A stretch of DNA of 64,000 bases from contig CBDHGK010000041.1 of the NCBI GenBank assembly GCA_965263045.1, forward strand, positions 5,894,002 through 5,958,001, read 5' to 3'. The position numbers and the translations under genes were made by a program. Origin of the DNA: Terriglobia bacterium. Lineage in GTDB: Bacteria > Acidobacteriota > Terriglobia > 20CM-2-55-15. Positions 26,827 through 37,500 of this stretch are shown here, in pieces; the first letter of the stretch is position 1; each line of letters opens with the position of its first letter. A model generated the notes under the pieces. It had not been told where the DNA came from. It did no database searches and was given only the letters and a program-made list of their open reading frames with translations.

Positions 26827-28272
26827 TTACCACACACCGATCACTTTCCACCACAGCCCGCCGATGCCCAACCAGATGATGAGGTTCACGACGCTGATCA
26901 GGCCCCCTAACTTCCACCAGTCACCCATCTCGACGTAACCCGAACCAAAGAGGACAGGTGCCGGGCCGGCTCCGTAGTGGGTCAGGCTCCCGAAGAGATT
27001 GCTGAAAAATCCCAGAACCAGAGCGGCCAGCAACGGCGGTGTGCCGACCGACACCGCGACAACGAGGAATGCCGAATACATCGCGGTGACGTGAGCGGTA
27101 TTGCTCGCAAACAGATAGTGACTGTAGAAGTAGCTCAAACTGATGACGAGGAAGGCCGCGACCCAACCGAATCCCTCGACGAAACCGCTCATGGTTTCGC
27201 CGAACCACGGAATCAGGCCCAGGTCATTCAAATGCCGCGCCATCATGACCAACGCCGAAAACCAGACCAGGGTATTCCAGGCCCCGCGTTCCTGGAGAAT
27301 GTCCTCCCAGGTCAGTGTTCCGCTGACGAGGAGCAATCCCAGCCCGACAAAGGCTGCCGTGGTTGCATTGAGCGCCAGCGCGCTGCCGAAAATCCATAGG
27401 ATCAGCAGCATGAAAAACGTTGCTGCCATCATCCATTCCCCGTGCTTTGGGGATCCCATTTCCGCCAGTTTCTCCCGAGCCATGCGGGGAGCGGAGGGTG
27501 TCTCTTTGACTTCAGGGGGATACAAAACATACAGGAGCCAGGGAACGACCAGCAGACTGATGAGACCTGGAACGGCCGCAGCCACGGCCCAGCCAGTCCA
27601 TGTGATTTCGATTCCAAGGTCACGCGCAAGCCCGGCCGCAACAGGGTTGGCCGCCATGGAGGTCAGAAACATCGCGCTGGTGATGACGTTTGCCTGGAAA
27701 GAGGACTTGATCAGGAATGCCCCGATCTTTCGCGCCGTGCCGTTTTCGGGAGAGCTGTCGTAGGAGACGGCGATCGACCTGACAATCGGGAATATGACGC
27801 CTCCGGCCCGGGCCGTATTGCTTGGAATGGCCGGCGCCAGGACCAGATCTGTTGCGGCGATTCCATAAGCCAGACCGAGGGATTTCTTTCCTGTGAGAGC
27901 GATGAAAACGTAAGCGATGCGGGTTCCGAGCCCGGTCTTGATGAAGCCCCTGGAGATAAAGAAAGCGATCACGATCAGCCAGATCGTGCGGTCCGCGAAG
28001 CCACCGAGCGCTTCGTCGATGCTGAGGATGCCGGTCGCCGCCGTTGCGGTGATGCCCAGCAGTGCAACGGCCGCCATCGGCAGCGGCTTTGCGATCAGTC
28101 CGACGATCGTTGCTACGAAAACAGCCAGGAGATGCCAGGCACGCTCATCGACGCCCATGGGCGCGGGTACAAACCAGATGGCCGTGCCGATCAATACCAC
28201 GATCAGCAGCATCTTCAGATTGACTGCGTTTGTTTTCTCGGTTGGTGGCATTTCGCAATCCTTTCCGGACAA
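26827..28272 (-). CDS. DASS/SLC13-family anion:sodium symporter
   Basis: Multi-pass membrane protein, 481 aa. The sequence matches divalent anion:Na+ symporter family permeases. Confidence 0.7.
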   Translation of the reverse strand: MSGKDCEMPPTEKTNAVNLKMLLIVVLIGTAIWFVPAPMGVDERAWHLLAVFVATIVGLIAKPLPMAAVALLGITATAATGILSIDEALGGFADRTIWLIVIAFFISRGFIKTGLGTRIAYVFIALTGKKSLGLAYGIAATDLVLAPAIPSNTARAGGVIFPIVRSIAVSYDSSPENGTARKIGAFLIKSSFQANVITSAMFLTSMAANPVAAGLARDLGIEITWTGWAVAAAVPGLISLLVVPWLLYVLYPPEVKETPSAPRMAREKLAEMGSPKHGEWMMAATFFMLLILWIFGSALALNATTAAFVGLGLLLVSGTLTWEDILQERGAWNTLVWFSALVMMARHLNDLGLIPWFGETMSGFVEGFGWVAAFLVISLSYFYSHYLFASNTAHVTAMYSAFLVVAVSVGTPPLLAALVLGFFSNLFGSLTHYGAGPAPVLFGSGYVEMGDWWKLGGLISVVNLIIWLGIGGLWWKVIGVW

Positions 28273-28442
28273 TCAGATCCTGGGGTTCATTCCCGGGATC
28301 GGTCGTTGTCATGTGCTACAAACATCAAGACGACAGGGAATGCCGCGCGAACCGCCTATCTTCGAAATATCTGCAATTAACCACGCCTGGACTGACAATT
28401 CGCTGGAATTAGTAGCTGAACTGGTTCTGGCCGACGTCCCGG

Positions 28443-30578
28443 TTAAACGGATGCGGGTGTCGCCCGAGGGGACCGCAGGTTTCGAATGACGAGGGCGGTG
28501 AGCACCGCAGCCAGCAATGCGCCCAGAATGAGCCAAAATTCAACCGGAACGACGGGAGCGTATTCCTGCTGAACGAGGACTACGAATTCCGAGTCCGCGA
28601 CCGGCGCGAAGCTTGCGAACCAACGGCCGCCGTATTCTCCGGCGGTCCGCTCATTCAACGATGCAACCGGGTCCCTGTATTCCCCGGTCGATCCCCCATC
28701 CATGGCGGCCAGGTAACTTTCCGGGAACCAGACCGGGTCAATTCCGCGTTCGTAGCCGGGATGGAGAAGGACCATGAAATCTGACGCACCCGCAGGCGGC
28801 GTCCCGGTCTCTCCGGGTACCAGGAACGCATCTCTCGGGGCGAGTAGAGTCGTGACGAAGCCCGGCTCTTCAATTCCGGGAAGGCCCATCTGTTGACTCG
28901 TCGTGACCGTCGCCACCACAACACCCACGTTCTTTCCCTGGTGCCGCACCCACGCTGAGACTGCGAACTTGTACAGTTCGTCGGAGAGCGCCCTGAAGGT
29001 TTGCGAGACATAGGTGCTATCCACAATCTCGGCCTCGCTCAGGCCCTCATAATAATCGCGCTTGCTGAAGTCCACACCGTCTGTGTCGGGCGACATCTCC
29101 GGCCATCGCGCCACGATTGCCCCGTTTCGGTCGTCGATGACGAACCAGCTTTCGAACGGAGATGATCCGTTCAGATCGACACGGCTGTTCCCGGATTCCA
29201 TCATGAATTCCTGCAGGGCCAAGGGCTCCTGCTGCACCAGCAGTGCCCCGACTTCAGGGTCCCGGGCAACGGAGATTACGGCCTGACTGAATTGTTGAAG
29301 TCGGATCTCGAGTGTCTCGGCCTGTTGCCGAGCCAGTGTTGCCTGGGCCCGACCCGGTTCACCGAGTCGGTCTGCGACGTTCACCCCGACCAACGCCATA
29401 AGAGCCACCAGGACCGCAGCGAGGCCCACTCCCACCGGGTTTCTGAGACACCAGAGCTTGACGCGCTCTCCCGTCTTTGGGGGTTTGGCTTCAGTCGGCA
29501 TGTGAGCCAGCCAGCGATCAATATCCTTGGCAACACCCTCAGCGGATCGGTAACGATTGCGAGGATTCTTCTCCAGGCACTTCATGCAGATTGCCTCGAA
29601 CGTGGGATCGATGGCCGGATTCAACTCTCGCGGGGGCCGGGGTTTCTCCATTGGATCAGAGACGAGGTGCAAGGTTTCGTTGAGTGTCTCGCCCCAGAAA
29701 GGCGCCTCACCGGTTTGTAGCGCGTACACAATCGTTCCGATCCCATAGACGTCGCTGAGGGTCGTCACGTCTTTGCCTGTGGCCTGCTCAGGCGACATGT
29801 AACTGGCCGTTCCGACAACACTCCCGTAGGCGGTGATGTCGGGATCGGACCCTCCCGCGCCCTCGTGCCGGAGGGCTCGAGCGTCTATCGGCTTTGCAAG
29901 TCCGAAGTCACTGACATACGGGCGGTCAGACCCGGCTTCGTCGGTGTCCAGCAGGATATTCGATGGCTTCAGATCGCGATGGAGGATCAGTTGCTGATGG
30001 GAGTAATGAACCGCCCGGGATACGCTTACCATCAGCCGCGCCCCGGATCGGGGATCGTCAATGAACCGGTCCAGGTGGGTCTCGAGACTGCCGCCCGGGA
30101 TGAATTCCATGCTTATGAACTGACGCCCCTTGTAATCCTTGACGTCGAACACGCGTGCGACGTTGGGGTGGCTGAGCTGGGCCATGCTCTGGGCGTCGAA
30201 GAGGAAACGATTCGCTTCAGCCGCCGTGGCCTGGGTGCCGGACTTGCTGACTTTCAGGGCCACCCACGTCTGCAATTGTTGATCGAAGGCCTTGTACACG
30301 ACGGCCTGTCCGCCCTCACCGAGTCGTGTCACGTCGGTGTAGCGTTCGGACTCGGGTGGAGCAGCGTACACGCAGTCGAAACGGCCCTGGGCTGCATCTT
30401 CGTTCTGGAAGTAGCTGTTGAGATGCGGTGCCAGTTCCAGGTAGTCGCCAAAGTACCGTTCCCGCAACAAGCCCAGTTGCACGGAATCTCTGTCGTGGGT
30501 TGCGGCCTCGTCGTTGTAACGGGCCAGCACCTCGTCCAGCTTCGGGGTTTCATCGCGAGAGTCTGAAGGTGTTTTCAT
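28443..30578 (-). CDS. Serine/threonine protein kinase with TM segment and extracytoplasmic sensor domain
   Basis: HRDLKPSNILL catalytic loop and DFGLAK. A TM helix and a ~300-aa C-terminal domain follow the kinase domain. Confidence 0.8.
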   Translation of the reverse strand: MKTPSDSRDETPKLDEVLARYNDEAATHDRDSVQLGLLRERYFGDYLELAPHLNSYFQNEDAAQGRFDCVYAAPPESERYTDVTRLGEGGQAVVYKAFDQQLQTWVALKVSKSGTQATAAEANRFLFDAQSMAQLSHPNVARVFDVKDYKGRQFISMEFIPGGSLETHLDRFIDDPRSGARLMVSVSRAVHYSHQQLILHRDLKPSNILLDTDEAGSDRPYVSDFGLAKPIDARALRHEGAGGSDPDITAYGSVVGTASYMSPEQATGKDVTTLSDVYGIGTIVYALQTGEAPFWGETLNETLHLVSDPMEKPRPPRELNPAIDPTFEAICMKCLEKNPRNRYRSAEGVAKDIDRWLAHMPTEAKPPKTGERVKLWCLRNPVGVGLAAVLVALMALVGVNVADRLGEPGRAQATLARQQAETLEIRLQQFSQAVISVARDPEVGALLVQQEPLALQEFMMESGNSRVDLNGSSPFESWFVIDDRNGAIVARWPEMSPDTDGVDFSKRDYYEGLSEAEIVDSTYVSQTFRALSDELYKFAVSAWVRHQGKNVGVVVATVTTSQQMGLPGIEEPGFVTTLLAPRDAFLVPGETGTPPAGASDFMVLLHPGYERGIDPVWFPESYLAAMDGGSTGEYRDPVASLNERTAGEYGGRWFASFAPVADSEFVVLVQQEYAPVVPVEFWLILGALLAAVLTALVIRNLRSPRATPASV

Positions 30579-31174
30579 CAGCCTGTCTGCTTCTGGGTGT
30601 CGGGACTATCTGACCGCTCCAGTTCCTGGCACAACGCTTTCAACCCACGCCTCAGCAGGCCGGCGACGCTGGCCTTGGTCCGGTTCGTGAACTGAGCGAT
30701 TTCCTCGGGCGACCAGTCTGCCAGATGCCGGAGTTCGACCGCAGTCCGTTGATCTTCAGGGAGGGTTTCCAGCGCCCGGACCAGATGCATCTGTCGTTCG
30801 TGCCGTGCCAGATGCTGGCTCGGCGAGGTCTGGGCCAGGACCCGCATCCGGATCATGCGGACATCGGAATTTTCTATCGTTTCCTGATAGACCGCCTCCA
30901 GCGCCGCGTCGCGTTTCTTACGGAGGAAGTGGCGTTCCTTATCGATCAGCTCGTTTCTGAGAATCTGTCTCAGCCAGGCCATGAACTCTTCCGGTGTCGT
31001 GCCCTTGAACTGTTTCTCCCGTTGATGGGCCCGCAGCATGACACTCTGGACGAGATCCGATGCATCCACCTTGGCCCGCACCGGTCCGGCGCCGGCCAAC
31101 AGCACTCGGGCCAATCCCATCAGGTAGGACCGATACGAATCCAGGGGAAGTGTAGGACTAATATCGGTTGGCAT
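30578..31174 (-). CDS. ECF-type RNA polymerase sigma-70 family factor
   Basis: Sigma region 2 (DLVQSVMLRAHQ) and region 4 (DWSPEEIAQFTNRTKASVAGLLRRGL). Stop overlaps the kinase start. The longer ORF extends to 31309. Confidence 0.7.
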   Translation of the reverse strand: MPTDISPTLPLDSYRSYLMGLARVLLAGAGPVRAKVDASDLVQSVMLRAHQREKQFKGTTPEEFMAWLRQILRNELIDKERHFLRKKRDAALEAVYQETIENSDVRMIRMRVLAQTSPSQHLARHERQMHLVRALETLPEDQRTAVELRHLADWSPEEIAQFTNRTKASVAGLLRRGLKALCQELERSDSPDTQKQTG

Positions 31175-31295
31175 TGCCGGCAACTCTCGGTACAGGGTGA
31201 CAGTTGGTGACCCAAGTGTAACCCAATCCAAAGCTGAGCCCTGACGAACATCACGGGTGGGGACTGGACCGGTGATCGTCACCCGTATACTGTAC

Positions 31296-32711
31296 CTAAC
31301 GCGCACCACGCGTCGCTCCTGGAGGTACCGACAGATCCAGCCCCATTTGTTGGGCGACGATGAGCTGCATCATTTGAGCAAAATCAGTGGATGCCCGGTC
31401 GGTATCGCCAGCCCCGCCCGCACCCCCACCGCCACCCATGACGAGTGTCGGCACCTGACGTTGGGCATAAGCGCTTGCCCAGACCTGCTGTGCCTGTACA
31501 TAGGCGTGCAGTTTTTCCTGCAAGGCCCCGTCGGCCTGGAGAACGAGTCGCTTTCTTTCGGCCTCTCCCTGACCGAGGAGGATTTCTTCCTGCTTTTTCG
31601 CAGCGGCGGCCTGCCGGTCGAGCTCTGCAACCTCGACCCGCTGCCCGGCTTCAACCAGGGCTTGGACTTTTTCAAACTCGGCGACTTCCAGCCGCTGCTG
31701 TGCCTGAACCACCACTCGAATCTTCATCTGCTCTTCCGCGTACCGCTCCCGTGCCACGTCCGCCTTACCTTCCGCCTCGACCATCAGGGCTTCCTGCTCC
31801 GCCTGCTGGGCCTTGGCCATTGCGGTCGCCACCGCCATGAGCGCGGTCTGCTGAGTGCCGATCTGTTCGCGAACTTTCTCTGTGTAGTCAAACTGCTTGA
31901 CCTCGAAGTTCGCGAGCGTAATGCCGAGTCCATCCAGAGGATTTCGCTGATAGATCGGGTCCCCGTTCTCCTGCTTCTTGATTATCTTGAAGGTCTTCGT
32001 CACCTCCTGCCCCGACACCGGATCCACAACCTTTCGGGTTTCCTCCTCCGTTTCGTAGAGTCCGTTCTGGATCTGATCCCACGCCCAGTAGACATAGTCT
32101 GCACGCCTTTCCGAGTACGACTCGCGCGCAGACATCAGATTTGCAGTGAAGCGGAGGGCGTTCCTCACAACGGGGAGGATGAGCTTCTGTTCGAGCTCTG
32201 TGTAGTCGGCGTAGCCGTACTTGGTCACCACGTCGATGGCCTGCCGTTCGGAACTGGGAAGAATAATGCGCAGGGTGCCGGACACATCACAGAGCGAACC
32301 GTCATTGAAGCGCACTTCGATGGCCTGGGCCGACCCGCTCTCGTCGCTCACAAAGAAGAAGGTCTCCGCTTTCGGCCAGGTCACGATGTTGCTGAATAGC
32401 TGCAGCCACATTCCCGGCATCAGCTTGGCATCCATCTTGCCGCTGACGACCATCTGCCTAACCTGGTAGGAGTCCTGACTGACGGTCTCAACAATCCCAT
32501 AGCCCAGTACGGTCAGCATTCCCAGGATCGACCCCACGGCAGCAAACTGCTTGAATGACAGCAATAATGCGCCTGTCGAGCTTATCCGGGAGCTGAGACG
32601 CGTCGCTTTCAAGCAAGCGCCAAGGAAGGCCATTGCGGCGTTCTTCGCATTTTCTGCACTGCGTTCCCGTTCTGGCCTTGGTTTCGGTTCGTCCAATAGA
32701 CCCATGATCAA
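31296..32711 (-). CDS. SPFH/Band-7 (flotillin-like) domain protein
   Basis: SPFH domain, then a long A/E/Q-rich coiled coil and a glycine-rich tail. Confidence 0.75.
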   Translation of the reverse strand: MIMGLLDEPKPRPERERSAENAKNAAMAFLGACLKATRLSSRISSTGALLLSFKQFAAVGSILGMLTVLGYGIVETVSQDSYQVRQMVVSGKMDAKLMPGMWLQLFSNIVTWPKAETFFFVSDESGSAQAIEVRFNDGSLCDVSGTLRIILPSSERQAIDVVTKYGYADYTELEQKLILPVVRNALRFTANLMSARESYSERRADYVYWAWDQIQNGLYETEEETRKVVDPVSGQEVTKTFKIIKKQENGDPIYQRNPLDGLGITLANFEVKQFDYTEKVREQIGTQQTALMAVATAMAKAQQAEQEALMVEAEGKADVARERYAEEQMKIRVVVQAQQRLEVAEFEKVQALVEAGQRVEVAELDRQAAAAKKQEEILLGQGEAERKRLVLQADGALQEKLHAYVQAQQVWASAYAQRQVPTLVMGGGGGAGGAGDTDRASTDFAQMMQLIVAQQMGLDLSVPPGATRGAR

Positions 32712-33179
32712 TGCCTCCTGATGTCGTCGATTAAAGTTCTAACTCTCTTCTTCGGATCCTCACAATGCTTACAAGGACTAGGACGACAAATCCAAGCGCA
32801 GGGACCGCGGAAATTTCAGAGCGGCTATAAACTAATGAGCCATTCATCATCACGTACCCTTCTGAACTGGATTGAATAACGGAAGGAACAGGGAGCGGAA
32901 TTGAAGTTGCCGCTCATTCGGGGAAGGGAGAGTACGAGGGTGCTGTATTCCGAATGATTGCAGCTGAGCGCTGCTTGGCAAGACTCACTCTGAATCGATT
33001 CGGGATGTCGGGGCCCGACATCCTTTGAAAGGCTGCGGGCAGACCGCCCCGGCGCTTTGATTAGCGAACGTTTTTCCGAGTGCGTCGCTTCACTCTGCCC
33101 CCAACGGCCAATCGGTTGCCCGATGACGGGCTCTCAGTTCGCGGGAAGCGTGAACGATGCGGGTTTCGAATTCGTCGCT

Positions 33180-34532
33180 TCACTCGCCGATGGCGATCAG
33201 GTTCTGTCGGGTGCGGATATACCATTTTCCGTCGACCAGCGCCGGTGAGGCCAACACAGGCTCTCCGATGTCATTCACGCGTAGTATTTCGAAGTTCCTG
33301 CCGGCGTTGAGCACAAAGGTCTCGCCGTTGTCGTTGGTGAAAAACACCTTGCCGTCCACGGCAACGGGTGAGGCTGAAAAGCCCTCCCTCCGGGCAACTC
33401 CGAGCCGTCCCTGCCAGAGGCTATCCCCCGTTCTCGCATCGAAGGAAGTGGCGATGCTGGCCATGTCGTTGACGATGTAAAGCTGGTCCGCGTAGAGAAT
33501 CGGAGACGGAACGAAAGGAGAGCCCCTGGGGCTCGACCACACCACATGGCTGGCTGTGACGTCGCCCGTGCCGCCGGGACGAATCGCCATCGTCGGACCG
33601 GCGCGACCCGAGGAACAAAAAAGCATCCCGTAGCCGACGACGGGGGTGGGGATCACTTCGAACGTATTGCCGTCGCACCACCAGAGTTCCTCTCCGGATT
33701 CGGGATCATAAGCTTGGACCCGGCGCTGGCTGTGGACGATGATTTCGTCATGACCGTCCACGTGGATGGCGATCGGCGAACCCCACCCGACGCTGGCTCG
33801 CCGCGCGGTCCGCCACAGCATGTCGCCTGTCCGGGTGTCGAATGCGGCAACGAACGAACCGGCGGAGTGATCCTGAAAAATGATGAGGCGGTCTTTGTAG
33901 ACCAGGGGTGATCCGGCCGTGCCGTGATAGTTGCTGATCTGGCCGATATCCTGAGTCCAGATCAGTGCGCCGTCCATACTGAACGCCATCAGTCCGCGGG
34001 CGCCGAAAGAGACATACACCCGTTCACCGTCGGTCGTCGGCGTCGCGGAGGCGTGACCATTCTTCTGATGCAGCCGTTCCCGGCTCCCGTCGGGAGCGAA
34101 GCCCTCCCACAGCATCATCCCGTCGGATCTCCGGTAGGCCAGAAGCGACAGCCGCTGGCCGCCGTCATAGGACGTCGTCAGGAAAATCCGGTCATCCCAC
34201 ACGATGGGCGACGAGTTCCCGCTCCCCGGGACGGACATTCTCCACAGTACGTTTTCAGTTTCCGACCAGGTGTCGGGATAGCCGCTGCCGGGAACCAGCC
34301 CCTGGCCCGAAGGACCGCGCCAGCGCGGCCAGTATTCGGCGCCCTCGCCTTCGACGGGAATCATTTGAATTCCGGATTCCCCTTCGGGTCGGGCGGGTTC
34401 GTTGATTCCGGCCTGGGGGACTGCTTCGACCCCACGGGGTCTGCCCCCCAGCGCCACCAGCCCCAGCAGGGCTGCGATTGCTGCACCGATCGCCAGGAAT
34501 GTCTTTCTGTCGGTGGTCCTGTTGTTCTTCAT
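33180..34532 (-). CDS. PQQ-like beta-propeller repeat protein (BamB-like fold), secreted
   Basis: Signal peptide. WPRWRGPSGQG motif and repeated propeller blades. Paralogue of 43424..44737. Overlaps the permease stop. Confidence 0.65.
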   Translation of the reverse strand: MKNNRTTDRKTFLAIGAAIAALLGLVALGGRPRGVEAVPQAGINEPARPEGESGIQMIPVEGEGAEYWPRWRGPSGQGLVPGSGYPDTWSETENVLWRMSVPGSGNSSPIVWDDRIFLTTSYDGGQRLSLLAYRRSDGMMLWEGFAPDGSRERLHQKNGHASATPTTDGERVYVSFGARGLMAFSMDGALIWTQDIGQISNYHGTAGSPLVYKDRLIIFQDHSAGSFVAAFDTRTGDMLWRTARRASVGWGSPIAIHVDGHDEIIVHSQRRVQAYDPESGEELWWCDGNTFEVIPTPVVGYGMLFCSSGRAGPTMAIRPGGTGDVTASHVVWSSPRGSPFVPSPILYADQLYIVNDMASIATSFDARTGDSLWQGRLGVARREGFSASPVAVDGKVFFTNDNGETFVLNAGRNFEILRVNDIGEPVLASPALVDGKWYIRTRQNLIAIGE

Positions 34533-34545
34533 CGGATACCTCAAC

Positions 34546-37500
34546 TCATTCTTCCCGAAGCGCCGGCAACAAGGGTGACCGGAAGGCCGCAACGGTCGCA
34601 GATAGCGATGCTGCCAATCCGACGGCCAGCACCCCGCCTAGGAGTCCAAGGACCAGTGTGCCGGGAAGTTGCCCCCCTCGATCCCAGATCACGGGTGCGG
34701 TGGCGAGAAAGGCTGAAGCGGCGCCCGTCAGCAGGCCGGCGACCAGCAGCGTCACGCTTTCGGCCATGGACATCAGCAGAAAATCCCGCTGCTGGTAGCC
34801 CAGGGCGCGCATGAGGGCCAGTTCCCGTCGACGCTCCAGGATGTTGCGCAACATCACGGCACCCAGGCCGACGGTTCCAAGCAACAGACCCAGACCGCCG
34901 AGCATCTGAAACGTCGACAGATAGGTGTTCTCGACCTGGTGGAACCGGGCCAGGTAGTCGGCGGTCGGTGTGGCGGACCCTCCGAAATCCAGCAGGGCGT
35001 TTTCGATCGACGCTACCGATGCTCCGACCCGGCCGGGTTCGGTCTCCACCAGCAGGAGACGATAGCCTTCGTGTTCGGGAAACAGGTCCAGAAAATTTTC
35101 CTCCGACATCACGAGCTCGCCCTGGAATATGCTGTCATCCAGAGCCGCCACGAGTCGCAGGCGAATCGATCGGTTTCCTGCCGTGATGACGATCTCATCA
35201 CCGAGTGCCCGATGCAGGACGTAGGTCATGGAGTTTGCGTCTCCAATCACGGGGATCGCACCGTCGGGTTCCTGACGATGGAGGAGCTGCCACGGATTGG
35301 CGCGTTCGGCTTCGGTCGAGGCCAGGGAATCGAGGAAGGCGAAACGGCCCTGTTCGATGAAGGCATTGCTGGGGGCCACAATCCGGGGGTTCGTCGGTTC
35401 GTAAAGGTTCAGACAACTGGCATCATCGCCTCCCCGGACGCGGAATGGCGCTACGCCGACCGAATCGAAGCCGCCCAGTCCGAGCAAGGCCTGGCCTTCG
35501 GTGCCGCTCGGGTCCTGTGAGAGCGGCAGCAGCGACTCGACGCGTACCGTGTACCCGCCCAGTCCCGAATCGGGACCGAGATCTGTAATCGTGTCTCTGC
35601 GGAAAGCGTCGACGGATAACAGGATGAACGTGGCTGAAGCGATCATGCCAATCGCGGTGACGCTTCGCGCCGGTCTGTAGGTGGCGTTTCGAAAACCCAG
35701 CCTTGAAACCGGCCACCAGCCCTGCCCCTGGAGCGCTTGTTGCCCGCCCCCACGAAAGCGGACCAGCAGAAAACACAGGCTGGCCGCCAGCACCGCCATT
35801 CCGCCACCGAAAAAGCCAGCGGCCCGTTCGACGAAACCAAATCCCGCGCCGGCGATGAGGACGGTACCCAGCCCGCTGAGCACAAACAGTCCCACGCGTG
35901 CCAGGCAGTTTCGACTCCGGGTTCCGCCGACGGTTTCATCGGACAGTTGTCCGGCCAGCAGGCGACGTTCGGATACTGTGGCGAGGCCACCGAGGGTCGA
36001 CCAGATGCAGGCCATGGCCGCAACAACACCGCCGGCTGCGCCCCCAGCAAGCGATGTGGCAGAAACATGCAGGCCGACGGCGGTAGTGCCTACCGCATCG
36101 ACCCACCAGGTGCCCAGCGCCGTGACCAGCAGCCACGCGTAGCCCAGCGCACCCACCACGCCGATAATGGCACTCACCGAGGAAAGCACGAGGCCCTCGG
36201 TCAGGAACAGTCCCCGGAGCATGGCGGGGGTAAAGCCGACCGATCGCAGCAACCCGACTTCGGGTCCCCGTCCTTCGACACTCAACTTGAAGAACAACGC
36301 CGCCAGCATGAGTGCCGAAACGACGAGGAAGAAACTGAAGTACACGAAGTACTCGCTGAAGTTCGTGGCGCCGCGCGAAGCTTCAAGACTCACAGATCGC
36401 ACCGAACGGACTTCCAGTCCCACACCTTGCGCATTCAGTGTCGTTCCCAGACGTTCGGCGTAGCTGGCGGCCCTCTCCTCAAACCCGGCAGGGTCTGCCT
36501 CAGCCGGGTTCGAAGTAAAGCGAATAGACGAGATCGAACCGTATCGGGATTGCCAGAGTTCACGGCCGACTTCGAGAGAAACGAAGGCCTTGGGCGTCGT
36601 TCGATAAAGCTCCCAAAACCGTTCATCGATGGGACGGATTCGACCCAAATCGATCGGAAATGGTGGGTCCCAATCGCCCACGGCCGCCGAATCGGTGATG
36701 CCCGGATAGTTTGGAGCCATCGCCCGATCGCCCGTCTCGACGGGAACGACTGCGGCCACTTCGAATTCCGCCGTGCGGGTGACCAACTGCCCGGGGTCCT
36801 CCCAGACGAAGTATTCCATCGACAGGCGGTCACCGGATGAAACCCCCAGGTCGTTTGCGGCCCAGTCGGTGAGGACAACCGGGGCGACGTCGGACCTTGC
36901 GGTCGGATTTGCCGCCGGAAGGAGCGTTCCAAGGTCAGTCGCGGTCACGAGTGAATACGGAATTTCACCTCGAGCGTTTCCCAGGCTGTTGACGAGGTAG
37001 GTGAATATTGGCCGGGCTTCCAGGTTGAGGGCCGTCGCAGCTTCAAGAGCGATCTGTTCTTTCTGATCGTCGATCAACCCTCCGGAGCCTTCGAGGATCA
37101 TCGCCCCGGCCGGCTCCATCAGTCTGAGGTTCAAACCCTGGTCACCCAATTCAGCTTCACTTTGAACGATGTTCTTGAGTGCCGCCGTAGCGATATCTTC
37201 GTCTGTACTGCCATCTCTGTTTTCGGAACTTGTGGACACAAGCAGCAGGTTGACGCGTTCCCCAAGATCGAGGTCCGCCTGGACCCGGTCCATCGGAAGA
37301 AAGACGGCATACACCTCCCCCTGAGTCGCGTCGAGAGAAAACTCGCCGAGTGCTTCGCGCCTGACCACAGCCGCGACATTCGCCCGGATGGTGCGGCCCA
37401 CGTCCTCCCTGTTTCCGTGGATCGATTCGAGTGGGATCTCCGACGGTCGCTGCACCCGAACCAGGATCGTATCGCCGGGTCCGGCATCGATCGCTTCGGC

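Noticed and set aside
33001-33025. Perfect palindrome GGATGTCGGGGCCCGACATCC with a short T-run, considered as a terminator
   Set aside because: It lies ~155 bp downstream of the minus-strand propeller gene, and the U-tract is weak on both strands. It could be a terminator or a protein-binding site, so it is not called.
35737-36840. 367-aa plus-strand ORF inside the FtsX permease gene
   Set aside because: It is antisense to a gene with clear TM topology and is Arg-rich and low-complexity.
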